The notes under the pieces: generated by a model
The model's database searches: none
The model's input: only the letters and a program-made list of their open reading frames with translations
Told to the model about the DNA's origin: nothing
Shown here: piece after piece, positions 1-11,935 of the stretch
Layout: each line of letters starts with the position of its first letter
Numbering within the stretch: position 1 is the stretch's first letter
DNA from: Yuukianura sp. NJ FZ-2021
Lineage: Eukaryota
Reading direction: 5' to 3'
DNA length: 64,000 nt
Assembly (NCBI GenBank): GCA_046563655.1
Contig: CM102283.1
Span: 7,688,001 to 7,752,000 of the forward strand
Made by a program: the position numbers and the translations under genes

Positions 1-149
1 ACATCCATAGGATAACTTTTGGCGCAATAAATTGACTAGTGCAGCATATTAGAAAGCTTTAAACCAATGTTACTTGCTAGATAAACGGTATTTGCGAAAA
101 TTCTTCATCGTTTTTTTTTTGGAAAGTCCATGTTTTGTTTTTTCCAAAA

Positions 150-2815
150 GACGAAAAACTTGATGTTCCATTTTGGAGTTTTCAGAATTTCTAAAAATTC
201 TTCATAGTATTTGAAAGTTTTTCGCGAAGAGATTAGATCTCTATCGCTTTCCGTTGACCAGATATAAATTTTCAAAGTTTTATTTTAATTTTCAAAAACT
301 TTCAAAATTCATAACTCGGGAACGGAAAGTGATAGAAAGGTAAACTCTTCACTCCTGAGCTCACAAAAATATACAGTATTTTTAGAAAACATAAAAAGGT
401 ACCCTCAGATTTTGACGAAATTTCGAAAAAATCCATGGACTATAGTCCATGGTTTTTTTCAAAATTTGACGAAAAACTTGATGTTAGATTTTGGAGTTTT
501 TAAAATTTCTAAAAATTCTTCATATTATTTGAAAGTTTTTCGCGAAGAGATTAGATCTCTATCGCTTTCCTTTCACGAGATATAAATTTTCAAAGTTTCA
601 TTTTAATTTTCAAAAACTTTCAAAATTCATAACTCGGGAACGGAAAGTGATAGAAAGGTAAACTCTTCACTCCTGAGCTCACAAAAATATACAGTATTTT
701 TAGAAAACATAAAAAGGTACCCTCAGATTTTGACGAAATTTCGAAAAAATCCATGGACTATAGTCCATGGTTTTTTTCAAAATTTGACGAAAAACTTGAT
801 GTTAGATTTTGGAGTTTTTAAAATTTCTAAAAATTCTTCATATTATTTGAAAGTTTTTCGCGAAGAGATTAGATCTCTATCGCTTTCCGTTCACGAGATA
901 TGAATTTTCAAAGTTTCATTTTAATTTTCAAAAACTTTCAAAATTCATAACTCGGGAACGGAAAGTGATAGAAAGGTAAACTCTTCACTCCTGAGCTCAC
1001 AAAAATATACAGTATTTTTAGAAAACATAAAAAGGTACCCTCAGATTTTGACGAAATTTCGAAAAAATCCATGGACTATAGTCCATGGTTTTTTTCAAAA
1101 TTTGACGAAAAACTTGATGTTAGATTTTGGAGTTTTCAGAATTTCTAAAAATTCTTCATATTATTTGAAAGTTTTTCGCGAAGAGATTAGATATCTATCG
1201 CTTTCCGTTCACGAGATATGAATTTTCAAAGTTTCATTTTAATTTTCAAAAACTTTCAAAATTCATAACTCGGGAACGGAAAGTGATAGAAAGGTAAACT
1301 CTTCACTCCTGAGCTCACAAAAATATACAGTATTTTTAGAAAACATAAAAAGGTACCCTCAGATTTTGACGAAATTTCGAAAAAATCCATGGACTATAGT
1401 CCATGGTTCTTTTCAAAATTTGACGAAAAACTTGATGTTGGATTTTGGAGTTTTTAAAATTTCTAAAAATTCATCATATTATTTGAAAGTTTTTCGCGAA
1501 GAGATTAGATCTCTATCGCTTTCCTTTCACGAAATATATATTTTCAAAGTTTCATTTTAATTTTCAAAAACTTTCAAAATTCATAACTCGGGAACGGAAA
1601 GTGATAGAAAGGTAAACTCTTCACTCCTGAGCTCACAAAAATATACAGTATTTTTAGAAAACATAAAAAGGTACCCTCAGATTTTGACGAAATTTCGAAA
1701 AAATCCATGGACTATAGTCCATGGTTTTTTTCAAAATTTGACGAAAAACTTGATGTTAGATTTTGGAGTTTTTAAAATTTGTAAAAATTCATCATATTAT
1801 TTGAAAGTTTTTCGCGAAGAGATTAGATCTCTATCGCTTTCCTTTCACGAAATATAAATTTTCAAAGTTTCATTTTAATTTTCAAAAACTTTCAAAATTC
1901 ATAACTCGGGAACGGAAAGTGATAGAAAGGTAAACTCTTCACTCCTGAGCTCACAAAAATATACAGTATTTTTAGAAAACATAAAAAGGTACCCTCAGAT
2001 TTTGACGAAATTTCGAAAAAATCCATGGACTATAGTCCATGGTTTTTTTCAAAATTTGACGAAAAACTTGATGTTGGATTTTGGAGTTTTTAAAATTTCT
2101 AAAAATTCATCATATTATTTGAAAGTTTTTCGCGAAGAGATTAGATCTCTATCGCTTTCCTTTCACGAAATATATATTTTCAAAGTTTCATTTTAATTTT
2201 CAAAAACTTTCAAAATTCATAACTCGGGAACGGAAAGTGATAGAAAGGTAAACTCTTCACTCCTGAGCTCACAAAAATATACAGTATTTTTAGAAAACAT
2301 AAAAAGGTACCCTCAGATTTTGACGAAATTTCGAAAAAATCCATGGACTATAGTCCATGGTTTTTTTCAAAATTTGACGAAAAACTTGATGTTAGATTTT
2401 GGAGTTTTTAAAATTTGTAAAAATTCATCATATTATTTGAAAGTTTTTCGCGAAGAGATTAGATCTCTATCGCTTTCCTTTCACGAAATATAAATTTTCA
2501 AAGTTTCATTTTAATTTTCAAAAACTTTCAAAATTCATAACTCGGGAACGGAAAGTGATAGAAAGGTAAACTCTTCACTCCTGAGCTCACAAAAATATAC
2601 AGTATTTTTAGAAAACATAAAAAGGTACCCTCAGATTTTGACGAAATTTCGAAAAAATCCATGGACTATAGTCCATGGTTTTTTTCAAAATTTGACGAAA
2701 AACTTGATGTTAGATTTTGGAGTTTTTAAAATTTGTAAAAATTCTTCATATTATTTGAAAGTTTTTCGCGAAGAGATTAGCTCTCTATCATTTTCTGTTC
2801 TCGAGATATACATTT
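150..2815. repeat. Tandem satellite array, 318-bp monomer, about 8.4 copies
   Basis: The anchor GGTACCCTCAG recurs at 398, 716, 1034, 1352, 1670, 1988, 2306 and 2624 (period 318). Units differ by only a few substitutions and both edges are degenerate. Confidence 0.97.
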
Positions 2816-3311
2816 TCATTATTCCAATTATCCTAAATTTTTAAAAATTCATATTTTTCTAATTTTTCGCTAAATCTCGTAGCCACAAGGGTGGTTTCGG
2901 ACAGACACATCAGCAAAATCTATTTTAAATCTTTATTCGCTATTAATTTACAAGTTTAAAGTGTATTAAAACTGAAATATATTAAATCATTTTTAACAAT
3001 TCAAAGGCGTTTCTCCTGCGATATTTGTGTGAATTTTTTATTTCAAAAATATGAGTTGAATATGATAAATGTTATTTCGTATGCTTTTTAAAGGACGTTT
3101 CCCACTCCAGTACCTTCTTCTCTGCGACGTTTAGTTAAATAGAATTACAGCCTGACATCTGAACTTAACATTGATGGTGGTGTCAAATCCGCATCACAGG
3201 CGATGGTGGTGATTGTGTACCGGAACTAAAATATAAGTCGGAACATGTTATTGTAATTCCTTTATGAGAATGGTAAACTTCTTTTTTTTTGCCGATTCTC
3301 CGTTTATGAGC

Positions 3312-6300
3312 TTACCCGTTGCCATTGTTGTCTAATTCCACGGTTTGGAATTGATCTGCATTAGCAAAAGCGGGTGAATCAACTTTGAGCAAGGCAGGCG
3401 AGCCAAGTGGAGTTGGAACAGTGGTAACAAATGCTGCATTGGCGGGAGTTGATGGTAGGAGTGTTGGAGAATGGGTGATGACTGGAATTGATCCGCGTGA
3501 CGGCGTACGAACAGGCGTTGGAACTGGAGATTTATTTCTCGTGTAAGAGCCATAGCCGTGGGAGGATTGACTAAAGAACAATTGCTCTTGTACCAGTCTC
3601 CTTGATTCCCGCTCTCTTTTCAAGTCCATTTTTATTGCGTAGATGGATTCTTCTAGTTCGCCAACTTTCTTTTGTAAGTCTTCATAGGACGGAACTGAGT
3701 CCAAGGTTTCCTTGAAAGTTGGCGTCTTCACTTCTGGGACAGTGGCGATGCCTTCAACGCTGGTAAGTTTCAACAGATTATCACGCTCTTCAAGAAGCTA
3801 AATGAGTAACAACAAATTAAAATTAACTTTGAACAATATGAATAGAAGATTGTACAATGCGTTAATAGCTTTGACATACTTGGATAATTTCGTTAGTGAG
3901 ACCTTCACAACGTCTGTCTCTGTCTTGGAGTTCATTGACTAAACGCATCACCTCCTCCTGAAGTATCGTCGCCTTGATGTTTCTGGAATCCCCACTTCCT
4001 AAACTCTTGTACAGATCAATTTCGGATTGCTTCTTCTGATTATCAATTTCCAGTTCCCTCGTCCATGACTTCAGCAGCAACGTCTCTTCAAAACACTTCA
4101 TCTCCGATAATTCGATTTCCGAAATTTTTCCTTGGAGCAGTTCCACTTTCCTTTCCAACAGGCTTCGTTTTTGGATTTCAGCCTTCATAATATCCTCAAT
4201 TATAGGTTGTGGCATAGATTCGGATTTCTCGACCACTGGCTGTTCCAGCAGTTGCTGTTGTAACTGTTGTTTCTCCATTCGCAGGCTCTCCGCCTCCTCT
4301 TGGAGTTTCTGGATCTCCTTCTCAAACTTTTTACAGCTTTCCAGCATGTCTTCATACTCCCATTTTATTGATTCCAACTCATCTTCAACATTCTCCAGTT
4401 TTGACGTGAGCAGCTCCTTTTCTTTCAATGCATCCTGATCCCATGAAATGTCATCGTCCATCTTCTTAGAGCTCTCTAGTTCGTTTAGCAGCTCTTCGAT
4501 CCGTTTCTCCAAAACATGCTTTTCATCTTGAATACGAGCGATATCTCCACTCATTGTTGCGCTGTGTAATTTGGAGGTTTCTAATTCATTGGTCAGGTTC
4601 TGCATTTCCTTCGTAAGTTGTTTACACCTCTCCAGGTTCTCTTCACGTTCCCATCTGAGCAATTCCAACTCATCTTCATGTTGCTCTAGTTTTGACGTAA
4701 GCAGCAGTTCCTTTTCTTTCAATGCATCCCTTGAAATGTCATCATTCAGCTTAGCCGTCTCCAGTTCGTTTTGCAGTTCTTCGATCCGTTTCTCAAGAAC
4801 ATGCTTTTCCTCTTGAATACGAACGACATCTCCACTCATTGTTGTGTTGTGTAATTTGAAGGTTTCTAATTCATTCGACAGGTTCTGAACTTCCTTCGTA
4901 AGTTGTTTACACTTCTCCAGGTTCTCTTCACGTTCCCATTTTAGCGATTTCAACTCATCTTCGTGTTTCTCTAGTTTTGACGTAAGCAGCAGCTCATTTT
5001 CTTTCAATGCATCCCTTGCAATGTCACCATTCAGCTTAGCCATCTCCAGTTCGTTTTGCAGCTCTTCGATCCGTTTCTCAAGAACACGCTTTTCATCTTG
5101 AATTCGAGCGATATCTGCACTCATTGTTGCGTTGTGTAATTTGAAATTTTCAAATTCATACGCCATTAAAGTTTTTTCCTTCAAAACCGCGTCCTTCTCA
5201 TCAATATTTCGTAAGAATTCTTGTTTCTCGGCATTTAGGTTCTGAATTTCGTTTGTAAGCTGTTTACACATATCCAGGTTCTCTTCATGTTCCCATTTGA
5301 GCGATTCCAATTCATCTTCAAGTTTCTCCAGTTTTGACGTAAGTAGCTCCTTTTCTTTCAATGCATTCATTGAAATGTCATCGTTCAGCTTAGCCGTCTC
5401 GAGTTCGTTTTGCAGGTCTTCGATCCGTTTCTCAAGGACATGCTTTTCATCTTGAATTCGAACTATATCTGCACTCATTGTTTCCTCGTGTAATTTGACA
5501 GTTTCTAATTCATTCATCATCAAAGTCTTTTCTTTCAAAAGCGCCTCCTTGTCATCAATATTTCGTAAGAATTCTTGTTTCTCAGCATTTAGGTTCTGAA
5601 TTTCCTTCGTAAGCTGATTGCAAATTTCCAGATTCTCTTCATGTTCCCATTTGAGCGATTCCAACTCATCTTCAAGTTTCTCCAGTTTTGACGTAAGCAG
5701 CTCCTTTTCTTTCGATACATCCCTAGAAATGTCATCGCTCAGCTTAGCCGTCTCCAGTTCGTTTTGCAGCTCTTCGATGCGTTTCTCAAGAACATGCTTT
5801 TCATCTTGAATTCGAATGATATCTCCACTCAACGTTGCATTGTGTAATTTGAAGGTTTCTAATTCATTCGCGATCAAGACGTTTTCCTTCAAAACTGTGT
5901 CCTTGTCATCAATTTTTCGTAACAATTCTTGTTTCTCGGCATTTAGGTTCTGAATTTCCTTCGTCAGCTGTTTACACTTTTCCAGGTTCTCTTCATGATC
6001 CCATTTTAGCGATTCCAACTCATCTTCAAGTTTCTCCAGTTTTGACGTAAGCATCTCCTTTTCTTTCAAGGCATCAGCATCGGCATCCCTCGAAATGTCA
6101 TTGTTCAGCTTAGCCGTCTCCAGTTCGTTTTGCAGCTCTTCGATTCGTTTCTCAAGAACATGCTTTTCATCCTGAACTCGAACGATATCTGCACTCATTG
6201 TTGAGTTGTGTAATTTGAAATTTTCAAATTCATTCGCCATCAAAGTTTTTTCCTTCAAAACCGCTTCCGTGTCATCAATCTTTCGTAAGAATTCTTGTTT

Positions 6301-8943
6301 CTCGGCATTTAGGTTCTGAATTTCCTTTGTAAGCTGATTACACATTTCCAGATTCTCTTCATGTTCCCATTTGAGCGATTCCAACTCATCTTCAAGTTTC
6401 TCCAGTTTTGACGTAAGCAGCTCCTTTTCTTTCGATACATCCGTAGAAATGTCATTAGACGTCTCCGGTCTGTTTAGAAGCTCTTCGATCCGTTGGTCCA
6501 GAACATGTTTTTCGTCCTCAATTCGAAGAATATCTCCACTCATTGTTGCGTTGTGTGATTTGACGGTTTCTAATTCATTCGCCATCAAGACGTTTTCCTT
6601 CAAAACTGCGTCCTTGTCATCAATCTTTAGTAAGAAATCTTGTTTTTCGGCATTTAGGTTCTGAATTTCCTTCGTCAGCTGTTTACACTTTTCCAGGTTC
6701 TCTTCATGATCCCATTTTAGTGATTCCAACTCATCTTCAAGTTTCTCCAGTTTGGACACAAGCAGATCTTTTTCATTGCACATATGACTGATTTCTTGCC
6801 TCAATGTATCTTCGTTCTGCTTGGATGTATCCAGTTCGCTCACCATGTTTTCCAGTCTTTTCTCAAGGACTTCGTTTTCTTCATGCATTCGAGCATTATT
6901 TGAGTTAACTGTAGCATTATCCAACCTCAAGGTTTCCAGTTCCGCTGTCAGCAACTCCTCTTTCGAAACAGCCTCCTTATAATGTTGGTGAACTTGCTCC
7001 AAAGCTTCCTCATTTTCAGACTTTAATCGGTTTACTTCGTTCGTCAGTTCTGCTTGAAATCCTTGCGAGTACTCTTGATTAAGCTCTTCAAGGCGCCTTT
7101 TCTCTTCTTCTAGATCAGTAACTTGTTTCAACAATTCAGCATTCTGATTCTTCAGCAACTCAACATCTTCGAGCTCTTTGACCTAAAAGTGAGCGAATGT
7201 ATAGTTTTAAATATGATTTGTTTTTAATTTCGCGCTAAGTTTTGATTTCTTCCATCCACTACTAATAATTTCGTCCATTCGGAGCACATTTCTTCCAGTG
7301 GATATCCAGAGCAAGTAGCAATCAAGCCACTGGACGTAAACATCCAGCAAGATTAGTTCTAAGTATACATGTACGAACTTGGAATTGCTACGTTAACTTT
7401 GCGAGCAAACGCAGAAGCAAAGCGGCCAGTTGCAAACACGCGTTGTAAGATCAAGTCTATGATTTCAACTCACCTAGTATTGATCTTTAAATTGAAATGG
7501 AAAATAGAAAATAGTGAATTATGAATTAATTTACTTGTTTTTCCTTAGTGGCCAACTCCGATTTTAAAGTTTTCAGCTTAGCCTGAAATTGCATCTTCAG
7601 CTTCTTCATTGTGGCTTCCAACTTTGTTGAAGATTCGGTAAGTTCCGCAATTGTGGCGTCCTTTGTCAGTAAAGCTTCATCCCTCTCAGCAATGGTGTTA
7701 TGGAATTGCTCCCTCTCTGTGTTCAGATGAGAAATCTCAGCCTCAAGAACTTCGGACTTGGTTTGAAGTGCGTCAGCCTTCGCTTCGGCAGCCTCCATGT
7801 TGGCTTGCAATACTTCGAGCCTGTATTGAAATGAATTTATTACAAAGCGCAATCATCATTTTTTAGTATTTCTAAATCCATACTTGTTTCGTTGGGCTTC
7901 TAGTTCCGCTGTCAATCGACTGTTTTCCTGATTAAATCGATCTTGTATTCCACTCAAATTTTTCTCAAGGTCAAACATTGTTTGTTGCGTTTTTCTCAGC
8001 TCTTCTTCTTTCTGGTCCAACTCCTTTCTATGCTTGCTTTGAAACATACTGACGGCTTCATTCTTTGAGCTGATCAACTTATCCCGTTGACTGATGGAGT
8101 CCTAAAAGTCAACCAGCACTTTAAATCAGTCCGGCTACACAATGACAAGTAAGAATAAAAACGAACCTGCAAATCCACAGCTTGACGATCCAATTCATTC
8201 ACTCGAGTTTCTAAATCTAGAATTTTGTGATCCCGTTCCTTAATTTGCCGATACATTTCCGTAAACTTTGGATGATTATCCTGAAATGTAGAAAGTATAT
8301 TTTAATTTTGATAATCTGCAACCCTATTGCTGATCAAAAGTTTTTCGCTTCCTTCCTTGCGGACTTACCAATCGCATTGATAACGAAGGCATCCTGGAAT
8401 GGTCGTTCGTATCCACTTCAGGATGGAGTATGTCCAAGAAGGAATCAACGTCGAGAGAATTCAACACGTCATTGCCATCCGTTGAATTTGAAACTGCACC
8501 ATTCTTAGTTTTCAGTCTATGTAAAAAAAAATTCACATTATATTTAATCTGAACTCAATAGTTTTAAAATTACACTCCAAACGTTCGTCTTGATAATACA
8601 ACTAACCTGTTTGCCTGATCTTCTTCCAACTTCCTCTTCAACTCTTGAAACCTTCCGTGATTTCCCATACTGAAACTGTCTGCGGCCGGACTACCAATTG
8701 GAGACAAGAAATCAAGATCCTCTTCCCCAAAAGGCACTTCCTTCATTTTAGCAATAGCACGATGGAGCTGGAATGAATGAAACAGTTCGTAGAATGAATT
8801 ACTCCGATCTAAACCCCAAAAATTTTCAAAGATTGTCTTACTTCATCCCTGTCCTTGCTAAATAACGCTCCCGTTCCCGTCCCTGGCATCCGAACGTGAT
8901 CAAAATCATCATCGGAAGATAGATCTTCTTGTAAACCGGACAT
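3312..8943 (-). CDS. Large coiled-coil protein (~1605 aa), lava lamp/giantin (golgin B)-like, with internal tandem repeats
   Basis: Exons complement(8842-8943, 8607-8767, 8369-8516, 8167-8280, 7884-8101, 7535-7820, 3880-7182, 3312-3797); all GT-AG, phases consistent, 4818 nt. E/K/L heptad composition. RDRRCEGLTNEIIQLLEERDNL and KLKMQFQAKLKTL resemble arthropod lava lamp/giantin motifs as I recall them; the family call is less certain than the gene model. Confidence 0.8.
4330..6780 (-). repeat. In-frame coding tandem repeat (285-366 bp; 95-122 aa) inside the golgin-like exon
   Basis: The anchor encoding SKLEK.EDELESLKW occurs at 6746, 6401, 6035, 5681, 5327, 4970, 4685 and 4394. Spacings are 345, 366, 354, 354, 357, 285 and 291, all multiples of 3. 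Confidence 0.93.
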
Positions 8944-9494
8944 TGTAGCTAACTATATTTTAGTTCGATTCAAATGCTAATCTTATATGAACTTTGTAAA
9001 ACTTCCCGAAGCCAGAAGCCCGATTTCTTTTTCAAAAAACAGAAGGCTACTTTGAAGGATACTCGCTGAGACACTGACTGATATTAGTGAAATACTAAAA
9101 GTCTGCAGCGACTTCGATTTTTTGCTTTTTCGAAACTCTCAATCTATAATCTAATCAAAGTAACGATTAATTGTAGATCGATAGGTACTGAAGAACGGAA
9201 AAACAGATTGCCAGAAACAAAAAGACTTGAGAATTGAGGATGGAGAATGGAGACAGACAGACAAGACAACAGAAGAAGTAGAGGAAATCAGCAGATTTTA
9301 CAAAATAATTTTCAAATTTTTACTGTTCCCGCCGTTCCTGAAATGTTATGTTGGCAAAGCCACTCAAATCTCAACTTCTACGATGAAAAACCGTATAACT
9401 AATCTTGTGTTTTATGCGAAAAATGGAACTATAAATTATGGATGAGTGTGATAATTAATGTAAATTTTAATTACCAAATTTGCGATGCTGGTTA

Positions 9495-11935
9495 TCAATT
9501 AGGTTTATGATCCTCAGATTTTTCAATTCTTGGTTTCTTCTTGCTTCCTTCTTGATCCTCATCTTCATCGTTATTCCGTGGCGACTTCGAACTTCCCCCG
9601 GGTTTTGTTAACCACTTTTCCATAAATGTCTTTCCTTTGGCCTTTCTAAAAAAAACGCTTAAATCTTAGAATAATGTAGTGCATCTTATGTGTCTTCGTT
9701 TACAAAGTATTTTTACTCACTCTTCAGGTATGGGATTCATACAATCCAAATCATGACAACGTGAGTTATTCACCTTCGTCGAAACTGGATAATACTGGAG
9801 CTTGGTTGCGGGCTTGAGAATAGCCAGAACTTCATTTATAGGAGTCCCTTCGGGTACAGAAAGCCACGCCTTAAGTAGTTCCAAAATTTTAGTAAAATCT
9901 CATTTTCATAAATTATTAATTGCTTTTTGAATGATTTCCGTACCTGTACTTGTTCTGGTGACTCGAGAATCGCTGGCATGCGGTCATGAAGCCAGGAAAG
10001 CGTAGAGTTTGATTCCATTGTGATCACAGTGTAGGAATAAATAACATCCCCCTCCAAAAGTATGCAATTCAATCAGTACAATCTTACTAAATTCGGATTT
10101 GCGGAGGATATAAGAAATTACTTCTGTTGATTTCCAAGTATCGTAGAGACCAGCCATCATAAGGATTTTTGGACCATTCCACCCAGATTCATCGCTCCAA
10201 CTAGATCTTTCCCAGACGTCGCTGTCGTGGATTTTGAGCTCCTCGTCGTCCTGCGGCATGTAAATGAAGTATGGCTGCTTCGGCGTTTTTGGCTTCGCTC
10301 CAACAGTTTTCCACTCGTAAAATCCTTGAGCCAAAATAACGCAGAGCTTTCGTTGTGATAACGGACGCTTATAAAGCTTGGATTCCGGAAGGCCTTCCAG
10401 ACGAGCGTTATTTGTTGACAGGCCATGCGATTTCGCTTCTCCCTGAATTAAAAAGAAGACAAATCATAAAAGAGTGAAACTGTCAATTCCCACTAATGAA
10501 TGGAACCTGCCTTATGCCACGGTGGGATCAATCCCCACATCATCGGTTGGATTATCCTGTCACCACTTTCAGTGCTATTATTGCCATCAGATTTTATCAG
10601 CACTGGGGAAAACATTGTTGGGGTCAAGTTGGCCGACGGACGATATTTATAAGCAGTGCTTTCGCTTCCTTCTGGTGTAGCATCGGTGCCACTTTTCGTC
10701 GGGTGTTCTCTCCATGTTGGTTTCCGGATAATTCCGGAAATTGAGTCGTAGTAAGCACATGCGTTGCATATTGTTGCCGGAGCAAGTGTACTGTTCAAAA
10801 ATAAGAGGATTATCGCCAATTTAGTGCCACAGAAAATTGTGTCTATAATTACCTAAGTATAACACAACTGCTTAAAAAATATTGAAATACACTATTTCCC
10901 TGTAAAACTAATCGTAAGTGGCGCCTGCATGACATTTTGTTCAGCGATTGAGTGAATCATTGAAGTGATGATTACACCTAGAATTTCAATCTCTACATAT
11001 TAATCGAAGGCAAGGGGGTGATTTGGGTTAATCATCATCGGTTTCCTTTGAGTCTTCATTTAACCATTACTTATCGACAAGTGACCTGACCTTGGCATTG
11101 ACATCATTTTCCATATTTTAACTTTGATGTCTGCACAAACATAAAAAAGAATGCTTCATAAATTACGTTTAACAACTTGTCGGCACCTAACCTAACCCGC
11201 AGACGTCAATGTGAAAAGCTGCCATTACAACTACAAGACGAGAGTGAAACTGAACATGGATGGATATGGGTCAGCTTTTCATCAACTTCAATTAGCATCT
11301 ATCATTATAAATATCATTTTCTTTGAATTTACAAGGCAGTTGTTCGTCAGGACAAAAACATCCTTGAAAAGATGTTTTCATTGTTGCACTTTCCTTCAGT
11401 TTGTAATTTAGATGTGCTTATTTACGAAAACAACGGAAAACTTCCGAAGTAAAAATTGTGAGGTTTAAATTTCAAATTGAATTTTGACTGTGTATTTTTA
11501 CGGTTCCTGCCCTGTATGATGGATGTTCAGGAGACAGATGCCTTTTAGCCATGTTTGTTCTATTCATCTCCATTTTCTTTTCAATAAAACAAACATCCTG
11601 GACAACAGACGCCCGTAATGACAGGCTTGTCTTCGCATGGGCAAGATTTGTAAAAAGTAGAACATAACAAAACAGGACACTACTACATCCAAGTACATAA
11701 ACTCAATTTGTGTAAATTGATTCCAAGAGCCAAAAAAGGAAATTGGTTACTTCCAGTTTTATGTCGAAAGCTATATACACTCTCCGCTTTCATGGCAGTA
11801 TAAACCCCTCTGAAAATTTGCAATTGCTTTGTCTCGTTTTCGTGTTTCATGTTGTCTATCAGCTTAGCACGAATGTTTCAAACACAAGTTAAAATTGAAC
11901 CGAGATTTTGTTTACCAAGCAGTTCTTCCGCACAT
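9495..11935 (-). CDS. HMCES: Abasic site processing protein HMCES (SRAP domain)
   Basis: Exons complement(11916-11935, 10511-10790, 10122-10442, 9944-10051, 9721-9869, 9495-9645). Begins MCGRTACTLAP (catalytic Cys2) and contains [53 protein letters not shown] and a C-terminal FMEKWL PIP-like motif. Confidence 0.93.

Noticed and set aside
150-2815. CRISPR-like array (regularly spaced palindromes)
   Set aside because: The sequence between palindromes is repeated rather than unique spacer, the period is 318 bp, there are no cas genes and the context is eukaryotic.
1366-2844. Three near-identical 64-68 aa ORFs
   Set aside because: TTG-started by-products of the satellite; equivalent positions in other monomers contain stops.
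2878-2912. Small hairpin plus CGGACAGAC after the satellite as a Helitron/DINE-like end
   Set aside because: The stem is only 4-6 bp and I could not identify a CTRR terminus or subterminal inverted repeat.
4571-6664. Ser-rich + strand ORFs
   Set aside because: Antisense shadows of the Glu/Lys-rich golgin repeats.
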